Shown piece after piece: positions 48,925-63,006 of a DNA stretch of 64,000 nucleotides. Below the pieces are notes generated by a model. It did not search any database. It was not told the DNA's origin and was given only the letters and a program-made list of their open reading frames with translations. Within the stretch, counting starts at the first letter, position 1. Every line of letters starts with the position of its first letter. The translations under genes and the position numbers were made by a program. The DNA is from Squalus acanthias (taxonomy: Eukaryota). The stretch lies in the NCBI GenBank assembly GCA_030390025.1, contig CM059430.1:74648001-74712000 (forward strand), in the 5' to 3' direction.

Positions 48925-51900
48925 TAGGATCATAGAATCATAGAAGGTTTATAGCACAGAGGGAGACCATTCGCCCCGTCGAACCGGTGCCGACGCTCTG
49001 CAAAAGCACTTAAGCTAGTCCCACTCACCCGCCCTTTCCCTGTTGCCCTGCCATTGTTTTTCCTTCAGGTACTTATCCAAATCCCTTTTGAAAGCCACTA
49101 TTGAGTCTGCCTCCACAACCTTTTCAGGCAGTGCATTCTAGATGCTAACCACTCGCTGCGTAAAAAAGTTTTTCTTCATGTCGCCATTTGTTCTTTTTCC
49201 AATCACCTTAATTCTGTATCTTCTGGTTTGCGAACCTTCTGCCAATGGGAAGAGTTTCTCTCTATATACTCTATCTCGACCCCTCTTGATTTTGAACACC
49301 TCTATCAAATCTCCTCTCAAGCTTCGCAGCTCGAAGGAGAACATCCCCAGCTTTTCCAGTCTATCTACATAACTGAAGTCCCTCACCCCTGGAATAATTC
49401 TGGTTAATGTTTTCTTCATCCTTTCTAATGCCTTCAGATCCTTCCTAAAGTGCGGTGACCAGAATTGGACACAATACTGCAGTTGAGGCCGAACCAGTGT
49501 TTTATAAAGGTTAATCATGACTTCCCTGCTTTTGTACTCTTTGTCTCTATTTATGAAGCCCAGGATCCCGTATGGTTACTTAACTGCTTTCTCAATCTGC
49601 AATGCCACCTTCAACGATTTGCGTATATATAGCCCCAGGTCTCTCTGCTCAAGCACTCCATTTAGGATGATACACTTTAGTTTATATTGCCTCTCCTCGT
49701 TTTTCCTACCAAAATGTATCACTTCGCACTTTTCTGCGTTAGATTATATCTGCCACATGTCCATCCATTTCACCAGCCTGTCTATCTCCTCTTGAAGTCT
49801 ATCACTATCCAATGTATCACTGTTCATTATACTTACAAGTTTCTTGTCATCTGCAATTTTTAAATTTTGCCGTTTACCCCCAAGTACATAGCATTGATAT
49901 ATATCAAGAAAAGCAGTTGTCCTAGTACAGACCCCTGTGGAACATCACTGTGTATCTTCCACCAGTCCAATAAACAAGCGTTCCCCACTACTCTCTGTTT
50001 TCTGTCACTTAACCAATTTCGTATCCATGCTGCCACTGTCCTGTTAATTCCATGGGCTTCAACTTTGCTGGCAAGCCAATTATGCGGCACTTCATAAAAC
50101 GCCTTTTGGAAGTCCATGTACATCACGTCAACCGCATTGCCCTCATCAACCATTTCTGTTACCTCATCAAAAAAGTCGATCAAGTTAGTTAAACATGATT
50201 TTCTTTAACACATTCGTGGTGGCTTTCCTTAATTAAACAATGCTTGTCCAAGTGACTGTTAACGTTGTCCCTGATTATCGTTTCTAAAAGCTTCCCCGCT
50301 ACCGAGGTTAAATTGACTGCCCTGTAGTTGCTGTGTTTATCCTTACACATATTTTTGAACAATGTTGTAACATTTGCAATTCTCCAGTCCTCTGGCACCA
50401 CCCCCGTGTCTAAGGAGGATTGGAGAATTATGGTCAGTACCTCCGCCATTTCCACTTTAACTTCCATCAGCATCCTAGGATGCATCCCAGCCGGTCCTGG
50501 TGACTTGTTAACATTAAGTACAGATAGCCTTTCTAGTAACACCTCTTTATCAATTTTTATCTTATCCAGTATCTCCACTGCCTCCTCTTTCACGATGACT
50601 GTGGCAGCATCTTCTTCCTTGGGAAAGACAAAAGCAAAGTACTAATTTAGTAACTGAGCCATGCCCACTGCCTCCATGCGTACATCTCATTTTTGGTCTC
50701 TAATTGTCCAAGCCCATCCTCTTACTACCCGTATATTATTTATATGCTATAGAAGACTTTTGAATTCCCTTTTATGTTAGCTGCCAATCTATTATCATAA
50801 TCTCTCTTTAACAATCTTATTTTCTTTTTCACTTCCCCTATGAACTTTCTATATTCTGCCTGATTCCCACTTGTATTCTCAAATTGACGTCAGTCATATG
50901 GGCTCTTTTTCTCCATTATCTTACTCTCTATCTCTTTCATCATCCAGGAAGCTCTGGCTTCAGTTGCCCCACCGTACTCACTCGTGGGAATGATCTCGAC
51001 TGTATCCAAACCATCTCCTAATTAAAGGCAGCCCATTGTTCAATTACAGTTTTGCCTGCCCATCTTTGTTTCCAATTTAACTGGGCATGATCCATTCTCA
51101 ACCCACTGAAATTTGCCATCGTCCAATTAAGCTTTTTTTACTCTAGATTGCTCCCTGTACTTTTGCATAGCTAATCTTAAACTTATGGTACTATAATCAC
51201 TGTTCGCCAAATGTTCTCCTACTGACACTTACTCCACTTGACCCACCTCATTCCCCAGAACCAGATTCAGCAATGCCACATTCCTCGTTGGGCCAGTAAC
51301 ATAATGTTCAAGAAAGTTCTCCTGACCACAATTCAGAAATTCTTCCCCCTCTCTGCCCTTTATACTATTACTATCCCAGTCTATATTTAGATAGCTGAAG
51401 TCCCTCATTATCACTGCACTATAGTTCTTGCACTTCTCTGTAATTTCCCTGCAAATTTGACCTCTATATCTTCCCCACTAGATGGTGACCCATAGAATGC
51501 ACCTAGTAGTGTAATGGCACCTCTATTATGTCTTAACGCAAAACAAATAGATTCTGTCATTGACTAATCCAGGACATCCTCTCACTCCAGCAGAGTAACA
51601 TTCTCCTTAACCAATAATGCCACCTCACCTCCTTTCTTTCGTTATCTATCTTTCCTGAACACATTATGTCCAGGAATATTAAAATCCCGATCCTGCCCTT
51701 TTTTGAGCCAGGTCTCCATTATCGCTACGACCTCATAATCCCATGTAGCTATTTGCACCTGCAGCTCAACAACCTTATTTACCACCCCCGGGCTGTAAAC
51801 CTATCTTAGTCCTTGTATTTTCTCTTACTCTGACCCCACTTAATACCGTACTGTTTCTTACTGCTGTCTGTCTTTCCCAATCATTTGTGCACGTTGTTTC

Positions 51901-53150
51901 TCCTTTCTAATGCTACATCCTGTTGCCTAACCCCTCTGCCAAATTAGTTTAAACCCTTTCCAGCAGCACCAGCAAACCACCAGCGATGACATTGCTCCCC
52001 GCTCTGTTGAGGTGCAACCAGTCCAGTCTGTCCAGTTCTCACATTCCCCAGAACTGGTCCCAATAGCAACCTGAAGCCTTCCCTGATGCACCATCTCTCC
52101 AGCTAGGCATTCATTTGCTCTATCCTTCTATTTTAATAGTCACTAGCTCGTGCCACCGGGAGTAATCCAGAGATGATTACCTTTGAGGTGCTGCTTTTTA
52201 ATCTCTTTCCTAGCCCCATAAAATCTGCCACAGGACCTCATCTCTCGTTCCCCGCATGTCGCTGGTACCGATATGGACAACGACCACTGGCTGTTCACCA
52301 TCACCCTCAGAATTTTCGGCAGCAGCTCAGTGACATCCTTGACCCTGGCATCAGGGAGGCAATATAACATCCTGGAATCACGTCTGCAGCCGCAGAAACG
52401 CCTGTCTGTTCCCGTAACTGTCGAATCCCCGAGAACTATTGCTTTCCCGCACTCCCTCCTCTCCCCCCACCCCCTGCAGCTTAGCCACCCGTGGTGCCGT
52501 GGACTTGCCTTGTCTGTACTTCCCAGAAGAAACATTACCCTCACCACCTGTTGGAGAGCGAGATGCACTCAGGGGAAAACTGCACTATCTGTCTGGTCCT
52601 CCTTGTCTTTCTGGCACCTACCCATTTCTTCTCAGCCTGCGCACCCTTATGCTGCAGGCTGAGCAACTCCTGAAAGGTGCTTTCCACATAGCTCTCAGCC
52701 TGGCTACGCCAGCGGCTGCACAAGTTCTAAAACCTGCAGCTTGAGCTCCTCCAGCTGACGACACTTCCTGCACATGTGGTTGTCCAGGACATGGGACGCA
52801 TCCTGGATATAACACATGGCATATGATGTGCATTCCACGGGACTGAGGTGTTCTGCCATGCCTCTATTTAATAGATTCTTAACTAACTTAACAGACATAA
52901 AATCGAAGGAATATTCACATGTTACTCGCCAATTTGTTTTATTTTTTCTTCAGCTACTTCCCTGGTGCTGACGACACTTACCTCGCTCCCTGACGCTCGC
53001 ACACGCTCTGGACTTTTGGGCGTACATTTTTCTCCGACTAGTCCTCTCGCTCTCTCCTCCTTCTACCTCTGCTCCGAATTCTTACTTCTCCATATTCCCA
53101 ATTTAGCAATCTCTCCGTTTAGAATCACTCTGTGCAGCCCACTCTCATTT
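48925..53150 (-). mobile_element. Near full-length degenerate CR1 LINE
   Basis: ORF1 (VECTSYAMC..HMCRKC; CLPDARVKDV), endonuclease, RT remnants (MDFQKAF, VPQGSVLG) and a 3' tail (catagaatcatagaa). Confidence 0.9.
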
Positions 53151-53859
53151 ACTACTGTTCCATACAGCAACGGATTCTGAAACAAAGATTTGCACACTCA
53201 CTGAGCAAACAGCTTTAGCATCATGCTTCAAACTTGAACTGAAATAGAAAAAAAGTTAATGTTCTGACTTTAAATCATTCTGTGATGTGGTTGGATTACT
53301 ATAGATAGCCCAAGACAGAAAATGTCCTCGGTGGCGTATATTCTACAACATATTTAGTTCAACTTCCTCAGTAATTACAAAACTAAACGTACTGGGCAAC
53401 ATTTTTAGGACATCTAAAAATAAAATGCTTCTGTTCTCATGATTTAAATTAAAACAAAAATGGCAATCTACAATAATTGTTATAAATTGGCATTTGCTGA
53501 ATGTAAACCATTTTCTTGCAGGATACACAGCAGATCAGGGTTATGTACAATATACAATCTATGTTGATTTATTTGTTGGAACTTCATTTCGAATAAAAAA
53601 AACATTTTTCTTGTTCCGTTACACTGTGCAAAGGATTCCTTCGCCTGCTTGCACAAAGCATAACAATTTAAAACGTAATTACTTCGGTGTAGTTGGGCAA
53701 TTAGCCCAACTTTTCGCCAGCACGTTGATTTCTATCAGGAGGTGAAAGACGCAATGAAGTGGCTGTGCATGTGTAATTTGACAGACCGCAAGTTCGGGAT
53801 TGCACACGCCGCTGTGCGGACCGCAAATTCAGGGACATTGTAAAATACTCTATTCCGTT

Positions 53860-55380
53860 TACCCTTTTCACATCCTCTTCTTGCCAGTTATTTGGGGCTG
53901 GTTAAAACCTCCCAAGATTATTATTCCATCTCCTTTACTCATTTCAAATATTTGCTTGCATATTTCTTCCTCCACCTCCTTTCCACTATTAGGCGGTCTG
54001 TTTTATGCCCCTATTAGCGTGATCAATCCCCTTTTATGTGTTATTTTATCCCATATGGATTCTGTTTCTGATCTTTTAGATACTTGCCTTTTCTCTACTG
54101 CCACTCTGTTATCTCAAATGAGTACAGCTACACCAACCGCTTTCTTCCTTCCTTATCCTTTCTGTTTAGGTTATAACCTGCAATATTCAGTTGTCAGTCC
54201 TGTTCTTTATGTAGCCATATTACATTTATTCCTACTGCATCTGGATCCTCGCTACGGATTAATGCCTCCAGTTCCCTGTTTCATTTTGTATGATGTACTG
54301 GCAGTTTATTTTTATCTGCAGCAGTTGCTCCTTTTAATTAATCTTCAAAAGTGCGTCTATACTTCCGCTTTATAACTGCGTCTGTTCCCTGACCGTTTAT
54401 GTTCCCCTTGTTCTTTAACTGGGTCTGACCTTTGCTCTCATCTGCTATTTCTATTATCTCCAGTCTTATGTTATTTTCAATATAACCCTGCAGCCGTCTT
54501 ATTACTTTAACGTTCTACCGACAGCCCTAATTTTCCTTGATTCCTTGATTCTAGGACACTGGGCCCACTCCGGTTGGGCGAAGTCGGTTCTAGTGGTACA
54601 GTTCCTTCCTGTCCCACTGCTGGTGCCAATGTCCCATGAAACAGAACCACACCTTCCCACACCAGGCTTTTTGCCACGCATTCACCTTCCTGACTTGACT
54701 ATCCCTATATCAATTAACGCATGGATCTGGTAGCAATCCCGAGATTACCACCTGTGATTTCCCGCCTTTTAATTTAGTTCCTAATGTCTGATATTCCCTT
54801 TGCAGGAGCTCCTCATTTTTCTTCCCTATGTCATTGGTCCCAATGTGGACCAGTACTACAAGATTATATCCCTCCCTTTTCAATTTTCTCTCCATTTGTT
54901 CTGAGATATCCTTTTCCTTTGCACCCGCTAGGCAACATACACTTCAGGACTCTCGATTGCGAAAGCAGAGGACGCTATTCCCCCTAATTACCAAATCCCC
55001 GATGAATACAATCTTTCAAGACATCTCCACCAATCCCCCCCCCCCCCCCCCCCCCGCCCCTTGGACTGTCTCCTGTTCCAAGATGCCATGGTTAGCATTC
55101 TGGCTGTTTACCCCGCAGCCTGCATCCTTAACATAACAGGTAGCAAGTATCTTGTACCATTTGGACAGGACTAGTGTCTGCATGACCTCCTTCTCTATCA
55201 CCCCTTTCTGCCCCTTCCCCTGCTGACTCACAGTTACGCTCTACCCTTCCTGCACCTGTGCTTTCTTCTAAATTGTGACTACACTCTGGATGCAATTCAG
55301 CAGATGTGGCAATCTGGGACAGTGTTTCTGTACACAAACTCACATATATTACAGTCTCGACACATAGCTTGCCCTGCCAT
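53860..55380 (-). mobile_element. CR1 5' portion (ORF1 esterase/endonuclease), degenerate
   Basis: VHIGTNDIGKK..VVISGLLP remnant. Confidence 0.75.
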
Positions 55381-57029
55381 ATCTGATTTTTAGTTATGCA
55401 TTTACGTATTTATTTATTATTAATTCAGTTCTAGATATAGTACAATTATTTGAGGTACGCATCATATGTACATATTTGAAATAGTTTGATTTCAGGTTAA
55501 TTTGGAGCTTATCAGACTTGTTTTTGTTTATTGAATTCTTTATGTTATTATTCACTTAACTCCTATTTATTATTTATATATACCATATTTTAATATAATG
55601 AAATGCAGAATCTTTTAATGTTAGTATCCTCTATTTAGTTAATTGTAATGTTATCCCCCTTAAATCTGATTAATTATATAAACATTGTTTTAATTATATA
55701 ATAAATTAAATATTTAGATTGAATTACTTAAGCGCCACCGCTATTCTGACTTCACGTTTTCGGATTCGAAGTTATTTTTAGAATCTTCCTTGCATCACCA
55801 AGTGAACTCCCCTCACAACCGCTTCCCTCGTGAGTTATGCCTCTCCGTACAACCGCTTCCTTCGTGCTTTATAGCCTGACAATTAAAAACACACACAATG
55901 CCAGTCCTATGATACGTTAGCGGCAGTTGCGTTCTTCTGGACTTGTTTATTTTCAACCAAGTAACTATTTCTGCAGAGTAATTATCAAGTAGGTGCTCAG
56001 CTGCATGTAAATGTGGTTAAAGGGCACCGGGAGGTTGGCATAACAGCCTCCGGTGCAAAATGGCCTACTTTATATCCCTCCATTTGCCATCCTCCGTAGT
56101 CCCACTTAGGAAACCCATTTCTTCATGGAATATGCTGCCTTTATGCCGGCTCTTCCACGATAATTGAGCTGAAAAGCTGCTCGAGCGAATGCCTAAGAAG
56201 AAGAATGGTAGAAACAACGCATGCGTTCCGCAATTATGCGCCGTAATAACAGAGGAAGACCAACGGGAGCCCGCTTGGAAAATGCGTAAAAAGACCATTT
56301 ACAGAGTTCCCATGGTTTTCTAACGAATCTTCCAACATTTTATCCCCATGTATTACATCGCGTATGATTCTTTCGTAATCCCTTAAATAGAATTCTAAAT
56401 CTCACATTATGCACTTACCGATGTTATTTCATGGTCAAGCAACCTTTAATAATCATGTGGACAACACATTGATTTTCCACTCGGCGTTGACCGAGCCGCG
56501 ATTTTTACCTATTATAACGCCATGACGAAAGCATGTAAGGGATGAGCACAAAATAAATGATGAGGCTGTAGCTTATTAATGCCAAGTATCTGTTTGATAA
56601 TCTATGTAATTTCCAATGTTAAAATACGTTCTCTTTGAGTACAAAAATATTAAGCAGGCAGTGATGTAAGACTTCTTCGATTGACTTCTGTCAATGTCGC
56701 TCTTGGCCATAACCTGAATATATAAACGGTCTCTGTTGATAATTAAATTTGACCAGGACCTCCATGTTTGTGCAGCAGGAGACAACGCATTGGAGCAAGA
56801 CAATCACGCTAAAAGGTGCTAAATATCTGTTTGCGTTATGTCTTATTGCTGACAAAACTGAAGCATACAGAACAACAAAGCTAAAATTACAATCTTCAGT
56901 TAAAATATCTTTCTTCCGAATTTACATCAGGGAATTCATATAAATGTTGTATCGAAGATACATGTTATAATTCTATGGATTCAGTAAGGAAACATGATTC
57001 TAAATTAATTAACAGGATAACCAAAACAC

Positions 57030-59150
57030 TAGGACATTTCTCCTCATCTCAGAACTAAATGTCCTACCCCGTGTCCTGAAACTGTGAACCTTCGTTCCAG
57101 ACACCCCAGCCAGAGAAATATCCTCCCTGCTTCAAGTCTGTGTAGCCCTATCAAAATGTTATGCGTTGCAATGAGATCCCTTCTTATTCTTCTAAATTAT
57201 AGTGAATACAGGCCTAGTCGACCCAATCTCTGCTCATACGACAGCCCTGCCTTCCCAGGAATCAGTCCGGTCTACCTTCGCTGCAATCCCTCTATGGGAA
57301 GTATATCCTTTCTTAGGTAAGGAGACCAAAACTCCAGGTGTGGTTTCACCAAGGCCCTGTATATGCAGTAAGACATCCTTGCTCCTGTACTCAAAGCCGC
57401 TTGCAATGAAGTCCAAACTTCCATTTGCCTTCCTAACTACTTGCAGAACCTGCATGTTTGCTTTCCGTGACTGGTGTACAAGGACAACCAGGTCCCTTTA
57501 TACATCACCATTTTCCAATCTATCAGCATTTAACTGATACAGTACCTTTCTGTTTTTTTCCTACGGAAGAGGATAAGTTCACATTAATCTACGTTACACT
57601 GCATCTGTCATGAATTTGCCCCCTCACTCAACTTGTCCAAATCGTCTTGAAGCCTCTATGCATCCTCCTCACAACTCACAATCCCACCAATTTCTTGTCG
57701 TCAGCAAACTTGGAAATATTACATTTGGTTCCCTCATTCAAATCATTGATCTATATTGTGAATAGCTGGGGCACAAGCAGTGATTCCTGCCATAACCCAC
57801 TAGTCATCGCCTGCCACACCAAGAAACACCCATTTAGTCCTACTCTCTGTTTCCTTTCTGTTAACCAATTTTGAATCTATGCCAGTATATTACCCCCAAT
57901 CCGAGGTGCTTTAATTTTGCACACTAGCCTCTTATGTGGGACTTTATCAAAGGCTTTCTCAAAATCCAAATGCACCACATCCACTGGTTCTCCCTTATCT
58001 ATTCTATCAGTTACATCCTCAAAAATACTCCAGTAGGTTTGTCAAACACGATTTCTCTTTCATAAATCCATGTTGACTTTGTCTAAACCCGTTGATATTT
58101 TCTAAATGTCCTGTTATCACATCCTTTATAATAGACTCCAGCATTGCCCCTACTACTGATGTTAGGCTAACCAGTCTGTAGTTCCCTGTTTTCTCTCTCC
58201 CTCCTTTTTTAAATAGTGGGGTTACATTTGCCACCCTCCAATCTGCAGCAACTGTTCTATAATCTACAGAATTTTGGAAGATGAAAACCTTTGCATCCAC
58301 TATTTCCACGGCTACCTCTTTTAGTACTCTGGGATGCAGAGTATCAGGCCCTGGGGATTTATCGGCTTTCAGTTCGATTAATTTCTCCAGCACTATTTTT
58401 ATACTTATACTAATTTCCTTTACTTCCTCCTTAGCACTAGGCCCTAGGTTCCCTAGCATTTCTGGGAAGTTATTTGTTTCGTCTTCCGTGAAGACAGAAC
58501 CTAAGTATTAGTTTAATTACTCCACCATTTCCTTGTTTCCCATTATAAATTCTGCCGTTTCTAACTGTAAGAGACCTACATTTGTCTTCATTAGTCTTTG
58601 TCTTTTTAGATCCTTGGAGAAGCTTTTGCAGTCCGCTTTTATGTTCCTTGCATGTTTACTCTCATACGCTATTTCTCCCCTCTTAATCAATCTCTTGGTC
58701 CTTTTTTTGCTGAATTCTAAACTTCTCCCAAACCTCAGGCTTTCTACTTTTTCGGGCAACTTTATATGACTCCTCTTTGGATCTAATATTATCCTTAATT
58801 TCTTTTGTTAGCCATGGTTGGGCCACTTTTCCTTTTCTGTTTTTGCGCCAGAAAGGAATGTAATACTGTTGCAATTTATGCATTAGTTCCTTAAATGTTA
58901 GCCATTGCCTATCCACCGTCATTCCTTTTAATGATGTTCCCCAATCTATCATAGCCATCTCACTCCTCATACCTTCGTAGTTTCCTTTGTTTAGATGCAG
59001 GACCCTAGTTTCAGAATGTCCTTCTTCACTTTCCAGCTTAATGAAGAATTCTATCATGTTACGGTCAATCTTCCCTAAAGGACACCACGAAACAAGATTA
59101 TTAATTAACCCCTTCTCATTGCAAAATAGCCATATCAAGGACACTCTTAA
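57030..59150 (-). mobile_element. CR1 ORF2 fragment
   Basis: KADKSPGPDTLHPRVLKE..NYRLVSLTS..QHGFMKEKSCLTNLLE; same subfamily as 4071-7450 and 26950-29745. Confidence 0.9.
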
Positions 59151-59369
59151 ACAGCTGTAGTGAGTAATCCCACGGCTATGAATAAACAACTCTTAAATTA
59201 ATAACGTTCTTGTAAAAATCTCGACAATACACAGCAGAACAGTAGATTACTTTTAAGCCTGTTATTCTAAACTCACTTCGGTAATAATATTATAATAAAC
59301 GCATGTACCAACAGGCAAACATTGCAAACAACTTAGCAATTCAGGAATAATGATAATCAAAATGTTTTT

Positions 59370-60560
59370 GGGAACCAGGGGGGATACCCTACACTGGCTG
59401 GATTTGTACCTAGCACAAAAGAAGATGGTTGTGTTTGTTGTCGATCAATCATCTCAGCCCCATGACATCGCTGTAGGAGTTCCTCAGGGTAGTGTCCTTG
59501 GTCTTGGTATGGGGAGAGAGCAGGAATGTGGTATTTAGATAAAGGTTTAACCATGATCATATTGAATGGCAGAGCAGGTTCGAAGGGCCAAATGGCCTAC
59601 TCCTGCTCCTATTTTTCTATTCTATGTTTCCATGTTCAACTATCCTCAGCTGCTTCATCAATGACCTTCCTTCCATCATAAGGTCAGGACTGGAGATGTT
59701 CGCTGATGATTTCACATGTTCAGTTCCATTCGCAACACCTCAGACAATGAAGCAGTCCATGCCCGCATGCAGCAAGACCTGAATGACTTTCAGGCTTGGG
59801 ATCGCAACACACAAATGCCAGACATTGACTATGTCCAACAATCGAGTGTCTAACCACCGCCCCTGGTCATTCAACGACATTGCCATCGCTAACTCCCCCA
59901 GCATAAACATCCTGGGGACACAATTAATCAGAAACTTAACTGGACGAACCACATAAATACTGTGGCAACAAGAGCGGATCAGAGGCTGGGTATTCTGCAG
60001 CGAGAGTCTCACCTCCTAACTCCCAAAGTCTTTCCACCATTTACAAGGCACAAGACAGGAGTGTGATGGGATACTCTTCACTTTCCTGGATGAGTGCAAC
60101 CCCAACAACATTCAAAACGCTCGATACCATCCAGGACAAAACAGCCCGGTTCATTGGCAGATCATCCACCACTTTAAACATTAACTCCCTCCACCACCGT
60201 CGCACTATGTCTGCAGTGTGTACCATCTACAAGATGCACTGCTGCAACTCACCAAGGCTTCTTCGGCAGCATCTCCCAAACCCGAGATCTCCACCACCTA
60301 GAAGGAATAGGGCAGCAGGCACATGGGAACATCAAGTTACACAACATCCTGACTTGGAAATATATTTCCGTTTCTTCAACGTCGCTGTGTCAAAATCCTG
60401 GAACTCACTCTCGAACAGGACTGTGGCAGTTCCTTCACCACAAGGACTGCAGCGGTTCAAGAAGGCGGCTCACCGCCACCTTCTCAAGGGCAATTAAGGA
60501 TGGACAATAAATGCTGTACTTGCCAGCGACGCCAACATCCCAGAAACGAATAAGAAAAAT
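59370..60560 (+). mobile_element. CR1/L2-group LINE 3' fragment with a short CR1-tail insert at ~59505-59635
   Basis: GVPQGSVLG..FIND..FADD remnants, homologous to 2064-2985. Interrupted by gatcatattgaatggcagagcaggttcgaagggccaaatggcctactcctgctcct. Confidence 0.8.
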
Positions 60561-61489
60561 CAAATCTGTCATGTTAACAGTAAGCGGTGCGGTACAAACA
60601 TTTGGATATTCAGTATCAATAAAGCTGTGAGATCAATCTTCAGAACAGTGGAAGAATAGCAAACACTGTAAGAATACAACAAAGGCATGGAGCCGAAGAG
60701 TACGTTAAGAAGAGTACCTTTAGAAAGTAACAGAGTCGGTTCAGTTTGAAATGGAGCGAATGGATGCTTGGCTTTTAACGAGAAAACAAGAGTGAAAAAC
60801 AAACAAGAAAGCAAAAATCATTCTTTAGAAAGTAAAGGGCGGGGCATGCATTACAACGCATGTCGAACCCCCAAAGAATGGGAGCCGAAAAGGAGAGGAG
60901 AGCAAATAACTGCGAAAACTCACGTTCTACAAACGGGGAAACACTTTTGTATTGAATAAGGATCTATACCGCAGTATGATGAAGGGAAGGATGGCTCCAG
61001 AACTTTTGGATTTTGAGATGGAGTAAATATATCAGTGTCTATGATTGAACTATTTTATCTTGGCCAAATGGGGGAGCGAGGGTAATATTTTGATCTGCAC
61101 TGAAGAAGCGAGGGATATTTCATAATTCAACAGGTGTATGAGGTTCCTGTGTTTTGGGGAGGGGTAGGCAGGGGTGATCTCTATACAATTTATTGATGAT
61201 TTGGTCAACCGTATTATAAGAAAGTCTCCCTAACTAATAGATAGAGTTTTGACTTGATGAGGTGGGTGATGGACGGAGTTAAACGAACGCCCTCCCAGCT
61301 CGGGGACCAAACCATTTCCAACATCGGACTTCATTGAGATGATTGAGGCAAGCAGTCAGCGGAGTTTGTATGTATGTGTCTGTCGAAGGCGGATTAATAG
61401 AGACTGCTTTTTATGACTACTCAACAACTTCATTATCATTGTATCATGCGACTACCAGGATGAAAAATGGTGAACTACATGGACCTTAT

Positions 61490-62480
61490 TTCGTTTCATA
61501 ATTTCAATGCTTCTACTTTTCCAAACGAGCCCTGATAGATAACTGGTCGATAGCGAGCAGGGATGCAAGATAACTAGGATGTCCACTAGCCTATTTACTG
61601 AGAAGATCAATTAGAGGACTCTTAGAGGGACATAGCGGGGTGGTTCCTGGGCGAGGGCGGAAGTTAGGAAACCTTGAGGAGCATTTATTATTCTCGTACT
61701 GCAGAGCTGCACTACTTATCCTAACGAATCCCGCCCACTCCACAATAGTTCCAGAGATGATCCAACAACATTTCTATGAGTTGTTTATCATCGGGGTTGC
61801 ACTTATTCAGCGTTTGAACAGTTAAGAGCTGATCAAAGAGAGTCAGAATGGATTTGTGAAAGGCTGGGACATGTGTTTGAGGAGAGTACTAGCATGGTGG
61901 AAACGGGAGTGTCCATGGATGTTATCCATATGGACTAACAGAAGACATTTCATAATCTTCCGCACAAGAAATTATGAGCAAAAATCAAAGTGCAGAGAGT
62001 TGGAGGTAATTGATTGAGAGACAGGCGATAAAGAGCAGCAACAAAGGGAATGTACTGTGATTGGTGGGATCCGACATATGGTGCTCCCCAGCAATCTGTG
62101 TGGAAAATCAGCTTTTCACGTTATAAATCAATCACTTGAGTCATGGAATAGAGAGATGTATATCCAAGTCTGCAGGTCACACTAATGAAGGAGACACGGT
62201 TAATTGTGTAGCTGACAGCAGTAAGTTAGAAAGACACATACACAGGTGAAGTAGGTGGACAACATTGTTGCAGATGATGTTCAATGTGGAAAAGTGTGAG
62301 ATCATCTGCTTTGCAACTAAGAATGCCAAATCCGAATTTATGACACCTATCTCAAATTAACCCATTAAGCCCCAGTATCATTCTCGAAAACGTGCACTGT
62401 ACCTCCTCCAAGGCCTATATACCTTTCCTGAGGAGCGTTGCCCAGAACTGGAGGCAAAATGTAACAAGGTGTCTGCCTAT
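61490..62480 (+). mobile_element. Decayed CR1 RT fragments
   Basis: gagtcagaatggatttgtgaa, atatggact..cagaagacattt and ttcaatgtggaaaagtgtgag remnants. A short minus-strand piece lies at ~62390-62480. Confidence 0.6.
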
Positions 62481-63006
62481 GTCCCTACCTTTGCACTTTC
62501 CTTAAACATACACCGGTTTATTGCGGTTAACTGAAGCTGATTTGGTATTGCAGTCAATGGTGTCATGAAGATACCGCAGACGTATTGCACACAATAAGGT
62601 CCTACACATATTAAATGTGATAATCTGACAGAATCGGTTAATCTACCAGATCTGTATGCGTACTGACTGGGACCGAGCGATAGTGCCAAGATATATGATA
62701 ATTTCGCAGTGATTTCAAACCAGTAAGAATTCATTTCCGCAAATGGGAACTTAACAATAGTTGGGCAACAGAAAATGTTGCTGGGAAATTGTTATTGAGA
62801 TAAGAGAGGTTATTGGCACTGACGTCAAAATTGGAATAATCCAGTCTGCTTGAACAAGTAATGATGAAAAGGCTTTTGAAAATTTACTAATAAAAGGGAT
62901 AGAAATGCAGCTGCCATGGTTTGGAAATAGAAAATGCTGTTATATTTAGGTGCTCCAGGGCTGGTTTGATACTTCACCGAAGACTGGAAATTAGACGAAA
63001 CGAAAT

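Noticed and set aside
53800-54375. 191-aa plus-strand ORF
   Set aside because: Antisense to a decayed CR1 endonuclease region, with no domain features.
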